Below, piece by piece: positions 17,430 through 27,163 of a stretch of 59,985 nt of DNA. The notes beneath the pieces were generated by a model, which made no database searches, was not told the origin of the DNA, and saw nothing but the letters and a program-made list of their open reading frames with translations. Source of the DNA: a virus (Duplodnaviria; Caudoviricetes); the IMG/VR virus record IMGVR_UViG_3300024051_000138, positions 1 to 59,985 of that record, one strand, 5' to 3'. A program made the translations under genes and the position numbers. How positions within the stretch are numbered: the first letter of the stretch is position 1; every line of letters begins with the position of its first letter.

Positions 17430-17695
17430 GTCCGCCCCTCCAGGGGATGGTTGCGTAGGAGCGGCCATTCTGCCCCTGGAGGTGGCGGGCACCACTTTGC
17501 GCCGCCCCGACCCATCCGAGCCGGAACCCTGCTGCGTCAAGCCCTGGCGCCCACGCCCGTCCCTGAGCGGCGGCGCTGCCCTTGCGCTGCCTGAGCTGCC
17601 ACGCATCGCCGCCTTGCGTGCGAGCCATGCGTCCCAGTCCACCTCCCAGTTTTCCCCGCGCCCATCTCCTCCCTCCCTCTCTCGGGCGCGGGTTT

Positions 17696-17728
17696 GCCCG
17701 CTGGCCTCACGGCTGGCGGGCCTTTCTG
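17696..17728 (+). terminator. tR1-like hairpin
   Basis: GCCCGCTGGCC-TCAC-GGCTGGCGGGC followed by CTTTCTG. Confidence 0.5.
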
Positions 17729-17747
17729 ACACCACGAGAACCACCAC

Positions 17748-18023
17748 ATGAACGACAACACGCAGAACCAAGCGCCCATGCATGCCAGGGCGCGCAATCC
17801 CGATCTGGACGACACGCAACTGAGCGTGAACATCCCGAAGTGGCTGATGGGCGTGATTGATGCCGAGCAGCACGCGCGCGGCAGCGGCAGCAGCCGCAAG
17901 GAGGTGGTGATCGAAGTCCTGGAGACCTGGGCGCGGCGTCGTATTCATGAGGCCACTGTGCTCCTGCGCCTCACGGAAGGGAATCAATCGGTTCGTGATT
18001 CGGGGGAGCAACGCAATGGCTGA
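17748..18023 (+). CDS. Small regulator (RHH-like) in the CII position
   Basis: QLSVNIPKWLMGVIDAE..SRKEVVIEVLETW strand-helix-helix pattern. Confidence 0.65.
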   Translation: MNDNTQNQAPMHARARNPDLDDTQLSVNIPKWLMGVIDAEQHARGSGSSRKEVVIEVLETWARRRIHEATVLLRLTEGNQSVRDSGEQRNG

Positions 18024-18183
18024 ATCCATCCGCCTCCTGACCGAAGAAGACCTCAAGCTGGAAGCCCGTACGGCGGCAGAGTGGGGCATCCCCCTGGATG
18101 AGGCCGTGCGCCACCTGGAGCATGACCAGAAGCTGTCCGGCGCATTCGCTGCGGCGTATCACGCTGCACTGGAGACGGTGTGA
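18016..18183 (+). CDS. Hypothetical protein
   Basis: GGAG RBS; coupled to neighbours. Confidence 0.6.
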   Translation: MAESIRLLTEEDLKLEARTAAEWGIPLDEAVRHLEHDQKLSGAFAAAYHAALETV

Positions 18184-19562
18184 TGGGGGCCTATGACGAC
18201 TTCTTGCACACCAAGAGCCAGCTCGATGGCGATTTCGGCTTCGCGCCGGTCTGGTTGCCCGACTGCTTGTTCGATTTCCAGGCCGCCATGGTCGAGTGGG
18301 CCTGCCGCAAGGGCCGTGCAGCGCTGTTCGAAGGCTGCGGCTTGGGCAAGACCTTGCAGGAACTGGTGTGGGCCGAGAACGTGGTGCGCCATACCAACAA
18401 GCCGGTGCTGTTGGCCGCGCCGCTGGCAGTGGCCATCCAGATCGTGCGCGAGGCTGCGAAGTTCGAAATCGAGGTACACCTGTCCCGCGACGGCTGCGTG
18501 AAGCCCGGCATCAACGTCACGAACTACGAGCGGCTGCACTTCTTCAACGCGGGCGACTTCGCAGGGTTCGTGGGCGATGAGTCCAGCATCCTCAAGAGCT
18601 TCGACGGCGCCCGCAAGGCGGCGATCACGCAATTCATGCGCGCCATGCGGTATCGCCTGCTCGCGACGGCCACGCCGTCGCCGAACGACTACATCGAGCT
18701 GGGCACCACGTCCGAGGCCTTGGGCTACCTGGGCTACATGGACATGCTCAACCGGTTCTTCAAGAACGACCTGAACAACAGCGCCCAGGGTCGCATGCGC
18801 GGCGAGGTCATCAATTGGCGCCTGAAGGGCCATGCCGAAGAGCCATTTTGGCGCTGGATCTGCTCCTGGGCGCGGGCAGTGCGTACGCCTTCCGACTTGG
18901 GCTTTGACGATGCTCGCTTCGTCCTGCCTGAGTTGCGCGAGCGCCAGCACCTGATCGACGCGGAATCACCCGCCGAAGGCATGTTGTTCGCGCTGCCGGC
19001 CGTTGGCCTGAAGGAGCAGCGCGACGAGCGCCGCCGCAGCCTGGTCCAGCGCTGCGAGATGGCGGCTTCGCTGGTGGCCGATACCGGCGAGCCTGCGGTG
19101 ATGTGGTGCGACCTGAACGACGAGGGCGGCTTGCTGGAGCGCCTTGTGCCAGGTGCGGTACAGGTCAGCGGCGCCGACAGTGACGAGGTGAAGGAGGAGC
19201 GCCTGACGGCCTTCTCCGAGGGCCAAATCCGGGTGCTGGTCACCAAGCAAAAGATTGCTGGATGGGGCATGAACTGGCAGCACTGCGCCCACATGACCGA
19301 CTTCCCCTCGCACAGCTTCGAGGGCTACTACCAGAAGGTGCGCCGCTTCTGGCGCTTTGGCCAGGTGCGGCCGGTGCAAGTAGACCTCATCACGACCGAG
19401 GGCGGCGCCAGCGTCCTCCAGAACATGCAGCGCAAGGCAGGGCAGGCCGATCGAATGTTCGCCGCGCTGGTTACCCACATGAACGCTTCGCTGACCATCG
19501 AGCGCAGCCGTGCGTTCATCCATCCCCAAGAGGAAATCCCATGGCTTGCCACGATCAACTGA
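18180..19562 (+). CDS. SNF2-like / SF2 helicase-ATPase
   Basis: GCGLGKT, TNYE, DESS, TATP, GMNWQ..YYQKVRRFWRFGQ. Confidence 0.9.
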   Translation: MMGAYDDFLHTKSQLDGDFGFAPVWLPDCLFDFQAAMVEWACRKGRAALFEGCGLGKTLQELVWAENVVRHTNKPVLLAAPLAVAIQIVREAAKFEIEVHLSRDGCVKPGINVTNYERLHFFNAGDFAGFVGDESSILKSFDGARKAAITQFMRAMRYRLLATATPSPNDYIELGTTSEALGYLGYMDMLNRFFKNDLNNSAQGRMRGEVINWRLKGHAEEPFWRWICSWARAVRTPSDLGFDDARFVLPELRERQHLIDAESPAEGMLFALPAVGLKEQRDERRRSLVQRCEMAASLVADTGEPAVMWCDLNDEGGLLERLVPGAVQVSGADSDEVKEERLTAFSEGQIRVLVTKQKIAGWGMNWQHCAHMTDFPSHSFEGYYQKVRRFWRFGQVRPVQVDLITTEGGASVLQNMQRKAGQADRMFAALVTHMNASLTIERSRAFIHPQEEIPWLATIN

Positions 19563-20533
19563 TTGGCGACAAGTTCGCCCTGTTCAATGGCGACTGCATC
19601 GAGGTCATGCAGTCCCTGCCGAGCCAGAGCGTGCACCTGTCCGTGTACAGCCCGCCCTTTGCCAGCAGTGGTGCGGGTGGCTTGTACGTCTACAGCAGCA
19701 GCGAGCGAGACCTGTCGAACTGTGACAGCTACGAAGATTTCTTCGGGCACTACCGCTTTGTGGTGCGCGAGATCGCGCGGTTGACCGTGCCCGGCCGCAT
19801 GACGGCGGTGCACTGCATGGACATTCCGCGCAGCAACAGTGGCACCGACAGCTACATCGACTTCCCTGGCGACATCATCAAACTGCACGAGGCCGAGGGC
19901 TTTCGCTACGCCGGGCGGCACATGATCTGGAAGGAGCCTCTCGAAGTTCGCCTGCGCACCATGCAGAAGAACTTGGCCCACGCCTCGCTGGTGGCTGACT
20001 CGCTGGACTGCGGCATTGCCTCTGGCGACTACCTGCTGCTGTTCCGCCGCGTTGGCGACAACCGCGTCCCAGTGCACCACCCGGTGGGATTGTTGGACTA
20101 TGCGGGTGAGCGTCGGCCGCCGGCCGACGTGCTGCCGTACCGTGGCTGGAAGGGCAAGCAGACGGAGAACCGCTTTTCGCACTGGATTTGGCGCCAGTAC
20201 GCGGACTGTATGTGGGACGACATCCGGTTCAACCGCGTCCTGCCCTACCGCGAGGCGCGCGACAGCGAGGACGAGAAGCACGTCCACCCGCTGCAGCTCG
20301 ATGTGATTGAGCGCTGCGTGGTGCTGCGAAGTAACCCTGGCGAGACGGTGCTGACGCCGTTCCTCGGTGTCGGCTCTGAGGCCTACATTCCCGTCCTGCT
20401 GGGCAGGCGCAGCGTTGGCATCGAGTTGAAGCCGAGCTACTACCGGCAGGCTGTGAAGAACGTGAAGGCCGCGGCAGAGGGCCAGGCTTTCGACGCACCG
20501 AACGGCGACCTGTTCGAGGTGGAGGCCGCCTGA
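19541..20533 (+). CDS. DNA N4-cytosine/N6-adenine methyltransferase (beta class)
   Basis: GDCIEVM, YSPPF catalytic motif, HVHPLQ..NPGETVLTPFLGVGSE..GIELK. Confidence 0.92.
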   Translation: MACHDQLIGDKFALFNGDCIEVMQSLPSQSVHLSVYSPPFASSGAGGLYVYSSSERDLSNCDSYEDFFGHYRFVVREIARLTVPGRMTAVHCMDIPRSNSGTDSYIDFPGDIIKLHEAEGFRYAGRHMIWKEPLEVRLRTMQKNLAHASLVADSLDCGIASGDYLLLFRRVGDNRVPVHHPVGLLDYAGERRPPADVLPYRGWKGKQTENRFSHWIWRQYADCMWDDIRFNRVLPYREARDSEDEKHVHPLQLDVIERCVVLRSNPGETVLTPFLGVGSEAYIPVLLGRRSVGIELKPSYYRQAVKNVKAAAEGQAFDAPNGDLFEVEAA

Positions 20534-21222
20534 TGCGCGCCGTCGTTTCCACCGCTGCCGTTACGCAGCGCGGCGAGAGCAGCCCGGCGCTACTGCCTGT
20601 GGCCGTCGTGTGCTTCGGCGCCACGGCTGAACCGCTACCTCTTGCTGATCAGGAGCGCGAGCTGCGCATCCAGGCCGAGGGCCTGCTGCTTCGCGCCGAG
20701 ATGCTGGCCTGGGAGCGTACGGGCGACTTCACCTCCCATGGCGCAGCCACGCGGCACCAGGCGCGGATGGTGGAGCTCATCAAGGGGCGCTCCGATGCCG
20801 TACGGGCACGCATGGCGGCTGAGAGGGGGTTGCCCCATGCGTGGAACACCGAAACCTGGACGGACTACCTGGGGCGCACTTGGCCCGTGGTGCAGAGCAA
20901 CCGTCGGTTGAAGTTCAAGTACCCCGCCCACGCCGCGCTGCGCGTGCATGTGTTTCACCGTGACGGGTTTAAGTGCTGCCGCTGCTACGCGCGCGTCACA
21001 GAAATCCCCGCGAGATGGGATGGACGTGATGCTCTGCCCACGAACGTACTGGGGAACTTCGGCTTCCCTGTTCTCCTGGTGCTTGACCACATTCGCACTC
21101 TGAGGGCGGGAGGGCAGAGCACGGTGCAAAACCTGCAGGCGCTCTGCGAGATCTGCAACCGCAAGAAGCTGCGCGAAGACCTCGCTAGTTATCGCGTCTA
21201 CCTCACTGAGACGAGCACATGA
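20533..21222 (+). CDS. Protein with C-terminal HNH endonuclease domain
   Basis: VFHRDGFKCCRC..LDHI..GG..NLQALCEICNRKK. Confidence 0.8.
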   Translation: MRAVVSTAAVTQRGESSPALLPVAVVCFGATAEPLPLADQERELRIQAEGLLLRAEMLAWERTGDFTSHGAATRHQARMVELIKGRSDAVRARMAAERGLPHAWNTETWTDYLGRTWPVVQSNRRLKFKYPAHAALRVHVFHRDGFKCCRCYARVTEIPARWDGRDALPTNVLGNFGFPVLLVLDHIRTLRAGGQSTVQNLQALCEICNRKKLREDLASYRVYLTETST

Positions 21223-22196
21223 GCGAGCCCAAAGACAACAAGGCACCAAAGGTTGCCGGCCGCTACCGCAAGGTGGAGGTTCGCACCTGGGGCGATGAGA
21301 AGTTCCGCAACCTGTCACCCATACCGCCCTGTGGACAGGGGCTGTGGCTGTTCCTGATCACGGGCCCCCACACAGGCCCCATTCCGGGCCTATTCCGCGC
21401 CGGGCGTGCGGCAATGGCCGAAGAGCTGGACTGGGATCTCGAAGCCTTCGACAAAGCCTTTCAGGAAGCCTTTCAGCAAGGCATGGTGAAAGCCGACTTC
21501 AAGGCCCGTGTGATGTGGGTTCCGAATGCCATAAAGCACAACCGACCGGAGTCTCCGAACGTGGTCAAGAGCTGGGCCGCCGAGTTCGATTTGATACCCG
21601 AATGTGACCTCAAGCGAGAGGCCTACGAAGCTCTGAAAGCCAGCATCCATGCGCTCGGAGAGTCTTTCGGTAAGGCTTTCGAAGAGACTTTCGGAAAGCC
21701 TTCCCCGAAGGCTATGCCTAATCAGGAACAGGAGCAGGAACAGAACTCTCCTTCACTTCGTTCAGGAGAGGGGGGCGCTGCCGCGCCTTCACCTCCCCCT
21801 GTTCCTGCAAAGCAGAAAAAACCAAAATCCGAAGCCCGAGGGCTGGCGTCCTACCTCGCCGAGTGCAGGGCCGCTAGCGTCAAGCCGGTGCCCGATGACC
21901 ACGCCGTGCGCCGCTGGGCGGCGGAAGCCGGGATCGCGCCGGAGATGCTGCAGATCGCCTGGGTGCAGTTCCGCGAGCGGTACCTCGAGGGCGAGAAGGG
22001 CAAGCGAAAGCGGTACATCGACTGGCCGGGCCACTTCGCCACGGCGGTGAAGGGCAACTGGTTCAAGCTGTGGTTCCGGGGTGACGACGGCGCGATGGCT
22101 TGGACGAGCATTGGCCTGACGCACAAGCAGGTTCTCGACGCGCGCCTCGCAGAGCAGCAGCGCCAGCACCAAGGAGGCGACGATGCACCCGCATGA
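21219..22196 (+). CDS. Phage replication initiator (O-like)
   Basis: YRKV..WGDEKFRNLS N-terminus, QEQEQEQ linker, internal iterons, directly upstream of dnaB. Confidence 0.85.
   Translation: MSEPKDNKAPKVAGRYRKVEVRTWGDEKFRNLSPIPPCGQGLWLFLITGPHTGPIPGLFRAGRAAMAEELDWDLEAFDKAFQEAFQQGMVKADFKARVMWVPNAIKHNRPESPNVVKSWAAEFDLIPECDLKREAYEALKASIHALGESFGKAFEETFGKPSPKAMPNQEQEQEQNSPSLRSGEGGAAAPSPPPVPAKQKKPKSEARGLASYLAECRAASVKPVPDDHAVRRWAAEAGIAPEMLQIAWVQFRERYLEGEKGKRKRYIDWPGHFATAVKGNWFKLWFRGDDGAMAWTSIGLTHKQVLDARLAEQQRQHQGGDDAPA
21441..21713 (+). repeat. 12-bp iteron-like repeats, putative origin
   Basis: GAAGCCTTCGAC/AAAGCCTTTCAG/GAAGCCTTTCAG (21441-21476) and GAGTCTTTCGGT/AAGGCTTTCGAA/GAGACTTTCGGA/AAGCCTTCCCCG (21660-21707). 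Confidence 0.65.
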
Positions 22197-23556
22197 CCTC
22201 GAGACCGTGGTGCTGCCCTGGTCTCCCGAGGCCGAAGCGAGCGTGCTGGGTGCGCTGATGCTGGACGACCGCGTGTTCGATGCGGTGGGCGACATCCTCG
22301 AGCCCAAGCACTTTTTTGATGAGCGCAACGGGCGCATCTTCGCAGCCATCGCCGCGCAGGTATTGGCTTCGCGCCCTGCCGACGTGGTGAGCGTGCTGGC
22401 CGCGCTGCAGGCTGCTGGACATGCGGATGTTGACTTGGAACTGCTGGGCGGCATCGCGCAAGTGCCGCTGAGCTTGGGCAGCGTGCGACGCTACGCCGAA
22501 GTGATCGCCGAGCGTGCGCTGATGCGCGGGCTGATGGAAGCCGCGGGCGAAGTGCGCGAGATTGCTGTGGAGCCAGGCCTCGACGTAGCCGAGCGCCTGG
22601 ACAAGGCGCAGGCGAAATTGCAAGCCCTGGCGATCAACCGCGGCCGCCAGGAGCCGGTGCCCGTGGGCGACATGGCCGCCGCGCTGTGCGACCGGATCCA
22701 GGCGCTGCATGACGGCACCGTGGAGCCCGGCATCCGCACTGGCATCCCGGCGATAGACCGCCGCCTGAACGGAGGCCTGCGTGGCGGCAAGTTGCTCATC
22801 CTGGCGGCGCGGCCTGCCGTAGGCAAATCGTCGCTCGCCATGCAGCTGTGCATCAACCTGGCCGAGGCCGGGCACGGCGCGGCGTTCCTGTCGCAGGAGA
22901 TGCCGAAGCACGACCTGGTGGATCGCGTAGGCAGCAACGTGGGCCGCATCCTGCTCGACAACATCATCACCGGCAAGCTGCGCGACTGTGAATGGCCGCG
23001 GCTGACTGAGGCGGTAGACCGCTTGCGCGTGCTGCCCCTGTACCTGGACGACCAGCCCGCGCTGACGCTGGCCGACATTCAGGCCAAGGCCCGCGCCCTG
23101 GTGCGCAAACACGGCATCAAGCTGCTGGTGCTGGACTACATCCAGCTCTGCGGCTCGCGCAAGACGGCCGACAAACGCCACCACCAGATCGAGGAAATCA
23201 GCCGAGGCTTGAAGACCTTGGCCAAGCAACTCGACATCACGATCCTGGCGCTCAGCCAGCTTAGCCGGACCTCGGAGAGCCGCGTGGGCGGCAAGCCGCA
23301 GCTGTCCGACCTGAAGGAATCCGGTGCGATCGAGGAAGACGCAGACGTAGTGATGTTGCTGAGCCTTGACCACATCTCCGACCACGGCGCCAAGGTCATC
23401 GAGGCCGACTTCGCCAAGAACCGCCAGGGGCGTGTGGGCAGCGTGGCCCTGACCTTCGATGGCGGTTTCCAGAGCTGGGCCGACAGCAGCGAGCCCCTCA
23501 GCAAGCCCAGCGCCGGGCGCACGCGCAGCGCGCCGGCCTACACCGACGAGTTTTGA
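22183..23556 (+). CDS. dnaB: Replicative DNA helicase, DnaB family
   Basis: AEASVLGALM, AARPAVGKS, SQEM, DYIQL, LSQLSR, DLKESGAIEEDAD, KNRQG. Confidence 0.96.
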   Translation: MHPHDLETVVLPWSPEAEASVLGALMLDDRVFDAVGDILEPKHFFDERNGRIFAAIAAQVLASRPADVVSVLAALQAAGHADVDLELLGGIAQVPLSLGSVRRYAEVIAERALMRGLMEAAGEVREIAVEPGLDVAERLDKAQAKLQALAINRGRQEPVPVGDMAAALCDRIQALHDGTVEPGIRTGIPAIDRRLNGGLRGGKLLILAARPAVGKSSLAMQLCINLAEAGHGAAFLSQEMPKHDLVDRVGSNVGRILLDNIITGKLRDCEWPRLTEAVDRLRVLPLYLDDQPALTLADIQAKARALVRKHGIKLLVLDYIQLCGSRKTADKRHHQIEEISRGLKTLAKQLDITILALSQLSRTSESRVGGKPQLSDLKESGAIEEDADVVMLLSLDHISDHGAKVIEADFAKNRQGRVGSVALTFDGGFQSWADSSEPLSKPSAGRTRSAPAYTDEF

Positions 23557-23591
23557 CCCCACCCCAACCACCCACCCGAAAGGACCATTCC

Positions 23592-24296
23592 ATGAACGCA
23601 CCGACCCCCAAGCCCGAGTTCGCCTTCCGCGCCGTCACCGACGTGACCCTCTCGCATGTGAATTTCCGCAAGGAGCTGCATGGCGATGAGCATGTCCAGG
23701 CTGTGGACCTGACCATGGGCGTGGACGTGCCGAACACGCAACTCGACACCATCCAGCCCGGCCTGCGCGAGGCGCTGTACTGGAACGCTGACGCGGCCAA
23801 CGGCCAAGCGAGCATTGCGGACGTACCCGAGACGCTGCCTAACTTGCGTTTCCCGCGTCTCAATGGCGGCAAGTTCTCGCTGGACGACAAGAAGAACAAG
23901 CTGGCCGGCTACGAGCTCTTCATCGAATACGGCCTGGGCGACGAGCGCAGCAACATGGTGTTCGACTGCTGCAAGGTCGTGAAGCGCTCCATCGAGACGA
24001 AGGAGGGCGGCACCGTCCATCTGAGCTGGCAAGTGCAGTACAGCGGCGACCGGCTGGACCAGGAGACATGCGGCAAGCTGGCGCTGCTGGAGCAAGACCT
24101 GATTGCCATCCGGCTGATCCCGCCCGTGGTGGCCGCAGTCGAGCCCGATGGCAGTGACGAAATGGAGAACCCGTTCGGCGACGACGACGATGACGAAGGC
24201 CCTGAACCCACGGCCGAAGACTTGTTCATCAACGGCGCGACCGAGCCGTCCGACGAGAACGCCGAAGCCGCGGCGCTGGAATCGGACGTGCGCTGA
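23592..24296 (+). CDS. Conserved phage hypothetical protein with acidic tail
   Basis: VNFRKELHGDEHVQAVDL..; AAGGA RBS. Confidence 0.8.
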   Translation: MNAPTPKPEFAFRAVTDVTLSHVNFRKELHGDEHVQAVDLTMGVDVPNTQLDTIQPGLREALYWNADAANGQASIADVPETLPNLRFPRLNGGKFSLDDKKNKLAGYELFIEYGLGDERSNMVFDCCKVVKRSIETKEGGTVHLSWQVQYSGDRLDQETCGKLALLEQDLIAIRLIPPVVAAVEPDGSDEMENPFGDDDDDEGPEPTAEDLFINGATEPSDENAEAAALESDVR

Positions 24297-24298
24297 TC

Positions 24299-24817
24299 AT
24301 GCTGTTCGTGGGAGTTGATCCGGGCCTCAGTGGGGCATTCGCCGTGATAGGTCCTCAGGGCCTGCGCGGCGTGTTCGACCTGCCGACCATGCAGATCCCC
24401 GGCGTCGGGCCGAAGGCGCTGGTGCAGCGCAAGATCGACGGCCGCGCGCTGCTGGACATGCTGTTGAAGCTGTGCCCCGCAGGCGAGGCCCGGCCCACCA
24501 TCGTGATCGAGGCCGTGGGCACCATGGGTGGCGCCAACAACGCCGTCCAGACGCAGGGCTCACTGCTGCGCTCCCTGGGAGCGATCGAGACGGTGGCCGA
24601 GTGCCTGCGATGCCAAGTGGTCTACGTGGCGCCGCAGACGTGGAAGCGTGCCTACGGTCTGATCGACCCGAAGCTCAAGCAGACAGAGCGCAAGACCAAG
24701 GCGCTGGAGACGGCGAGGCGGTGCTTCCCGTCGTGCACCGACCTGGCCAGGGCCAAAGATCACAACCGCGCCGAGGCGGCGCTCCTGGCGCGCTACGCGC
24801 AGATGGAGCTGGCATGA
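24299..24817 (+). CDS. RuvC-like Holliday junction resolvase
   Basis: GVDPGLSGA, VIE, PQTWK, KDHNRAEAALLA. Confidence 0.85.
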   Translation: MLFVGVDPGLSGAFAVIGPQGLRGVFDLPTMQIPGVGPKALVQRKIDGRALLDMLLKLCPAGEARPTIVIEAVGTMGGANNAVQTQGSLLRSLGAIETVAECLRCQVVYVAPQTWKRAYGLIDPKLKQTERKTKALETARRCFPSCTDLARAKDHNRAEAALLARYAQMELA

Positions 24818-25008
24818 ATTTCTGCGCCCGCTGCCATCGCCCCCTGCACCGAGATCCCATCGTGATCGATGGCCGAGGCTACGGCCCTATGTGCGCAGGC
24901 CTGCTGGGCTATCTGTTCGCTCCGGCGCGCAGCGTGCCCATCGTCTCGCGGCCGCGCAGGCGGCGGGCGGACCCGCGCCAGCCCAACTTGTTCGAGGTGC
25001 GGCCATGA
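24814..25008 (+). CDS. Small zinc-finger protein
   Basis: CARCHRPL..GYGPMC. Confidence 0.7.
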   Translation: MNFCARCHRPLHRDPIVIDGRGYGPMCAGLLGYLFAPARSVPIVSRPRRRRADPRQPNLFEVRP

Positions 25009-25373
25009 CCAGAGAAACTGTCGATGCGCTGATTGAGCGGGTTCTGATGCAGCACCCCAGCAATTCACCTGGCGCGCTGGCCCGGTATTTTGAAGCGGTC
25101 CACCAAGAGCTCGCACCTCTGGCGCGCGAGCTTGAGGCCGAGAACCTGCGCATGCGCGAGCAGTTGCAAGGCGAATGGAACGCCGCCAAGGCGGTGCGTG
25201 CGCCGCGTCAGCGTGCCGTTTTCACCTGTGGCCGGTGCGGCAACATGTACCGCGCAGGCGACATGCCAGTGACTCTCTACGCAGAGAACGGCGCAGCGAA
25301 ATGTCGTGCCTGCAACCCTGGCACTGGTAAGGGCGGCCAATCTATGGACATGACGTTGGAGTCAAGGTCATGA
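25005..25373 (+). CDS. Hypothetical protein with C-terminal zinc finger
   Basis: CGRC..CRAC; ATGA coupling. Confidence 0.65.
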   Translation: MTRETVDALIERVLMQHPSNSPGALARYFEAVHQELAPLARELEAENLRMREQLQGEWNAAKAVRAPRQRAVFTCGRCGNMYRAGDMPVTLYAENGAAKCRACNPGTGKGGQSMDMTLESRS

Positions 25374-25909
25374 CCAAGGCCAGCCCCATCCTGATCACCA
25401 AGCGCGCCTCCCTGGCCGCCATGCCGGAGCCGCAGCGCGCCACGGTGCGCCACGTGCTGCTGGACGCAGTGGGCGGCCTGGACAGCACCCACGACGGCCG
25501 CTGGCGGCGGTTCATCAACCGCCTGCTGCGCGCAGAGCCCGGTGAGGTATTCGAACTGGTCAGCTTGGTCGAGCGCTCCGGCAGGTTCCACAACCGCCAT
25601 ATGGCGATGGAGCAGCGCCTGTTCGACCACCAGGAACGCTGGCTCACGCTGACAGCTATGCGCGACTGGCTGAAAACCGGTGCGGGATGGGTGGAGTGGC
25701 AGCCCGGCGCACGCGGCGGCATCGTGGCCGTGCCGCGCTCCACCAGCTACGAGACCTGCAGCGACGACGAGATGCGCGAAGTGCACGAGGCCATGGTGGC
25801 GTTCTTGCACACGCATCACGCGCAGCGCTTCTTGTGGCCGCACCTGAGCAGCCAGGGGCGTGCCGCGATGTTGGAAAGCGTGCTGGCCACGCCACATGAG
25901 GACGCATGA
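25370..25909 (+). CDS. DUF1367/NinB-like protein
   Basis: RSGRFH..RDWLKTGAGW..PRSTSY..DDEM. Confidence 0.7.
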   Translation: MTKASPILITKRASLAAMPEPQRATVRHVLLDAVGGLDSTHDGRWRRFINRLLRAEPGEVFELVSLVERSGRFHNRHMAMEQRLFDHQERWLTLTAMRDWLKTGAGWVEWQPGARGGIVAVPRSTSYETCSDDEMREVHEAMVAFLHTHHAQRFLWPHLSSQGRAAMLESVLATPHEDA

Positions 25910-26163
25910 ACAACCGCCTTACCACCAAGGAGCGAGCTCACTTGGGCCGCGTCAAGCAGTTGCAGTGCAGCGTTTGCGATGCACCGCCGCCCAGCGAGGC
26001 GCACCACATCAAGCAGGGCCAGCAGTACACCGCCGTCGCCTTGTGCGAGAGCTGCCACCGGGGCGCCCTGATGGGGCTTCATGGCCAGCGCCGGATGTGG
26101 GCGATCAAGAAGATGGACGAACTCGATGCGCTTTCCGTGACCGTTGCACGGCTTATGCGGTAA
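25906..26163 (+). CDS. Small HNH-like / Ref-like nuclease
   Basis: CSVC..EAHH..ALCESCH..HG. Confidence 0.75.
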   Translation: MNNRLTTKERAHLGRVKQLQCSVCDAPPPSEAHHIKQGQQYTAVALCESCHRGALMGLHGQRRMWAIKKMDELDALSVTVARLMR

Positions 26164-26193
26164 GCGCTGGATGCTATTGAATCAGGAGTAAAT

Positions 26194-26700
26194 ATGGAAG
26201 CCGGTATCACATTGAAGATGATCCACGACCGCTGCGATGAAGTGGGCGACTGCTGGATATGGAAGGATGCTGTGGGCAAGCACGGTTACCCCATCATGCG
26301 CCGCCGCCCGAGCGGGTGCCTGTTGGTGCGCCGCGTGGCTGTTGCCCTTGGTGGCCGTCCAGCGCAGCCGCGCCAGCCCGTGGCGTGTACCTGCGACGAA
26401 AAGCGCTGCTGCAACCCGGCCCACCTTAAGCCCTCCACGCCAGCGGCGGTGGCCAAGGCCGCAGCCGCGAAAGGGGCCTTCTCTTCGATGGCGCGCTCGG
26501 CCAAGATCGCCCAGAGTAAGCGCGCCTCGGCCAAGCTGACGCTGGAGATCGCGCGCGAGATTCGCGCCAGCGAAGATTCAGGCCCGGCGCTGGCCGAGCG
26601 CTATGGGGTTACTCGCAGCATGATCGGCATCATCCGACGGGGGGCGGCATGGCGGGACTACAGCAACCCCTTCACCGGGCTGATCGGGGCCGCACGATGA
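26194..26700 (+). CDS. HNH-endonuclease-like protein with C-terminal HTH
   Basis: CWIWK..GYP..TCDEKRCCNPAHL; KLT..IR..LAERYGVTRSMI. Confidence 0.8.
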   Translation: MEAGITLKMIHDRCDEVGDCWIWKDAVGKHGYPIMRRRPSGCLLVRRVAVALGGRPAQPRQPVACTCDEKRCCNPAHLKPSTPAAVAKAAAAKGAFSSMARSAKIAQSKRASAKLTLEIAREIRASEDSGPALAERYGVTRSMIGIIRRGAAWRDYSNPFTGLIGAAR

Positions 26701-27161
26701 AGACTCGCATTTCCCGCGCGCGCCGCCATCCCCCGGTTCTCCCCAAGTTCTGGCGGCCCAAGATCACCGCCGGCCAGGTGCTGAACTCCCGCATCGTGCA
26801 CAACGACCTGGTGCATCGCCTGGCCACAGGCACTGCTTCGACGGGCGACCTTTGGGACTGGATGGAGACCGGCTTCACCTACAGACAGATGATGCGCATG
26901 CTGGCCGAGGACGGCGTGCAGTTCACGGACGAGGCAGTCGCCGCTCTGGCCAGACAGTTGGAGAGCTACGGCCCGATCTGCGAGCGCCTGCGCCGCACGG
27001 GTCGGGCGGGGCTCAGTGGCCCGGAGCTGAAAGTCGCCCGCGAGGCCGCTGAAGTCATGGACGAGCTCATCGGCATGGACCGCCATGGCATCGCAGAGCG
27101 GGCCGCGCTGTGGTCCATTGAGCAGATGGCTCGCATTCAGATGCTGAAGAAAGGAGGCTGA
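26697..27161 (+). CDS. Hypothetical protein
   Basis: Coupled 154-aa ORF. Confidence 0.7.
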   Translation: MKTRISRARRHPPVLPKFWRPKITAGQVLNSRIVHNDLVHRLATGTASTGDLWDWMETGFTYRQMMRMLAEDGVQFTDEAVAALARQLESYGPICERLRRTGRAGLSGPELKVAREAAEVMDELIGMDRHGIAERAALWSIEQMARIQMLKKGG

Positions 27162-27163
27162 CC

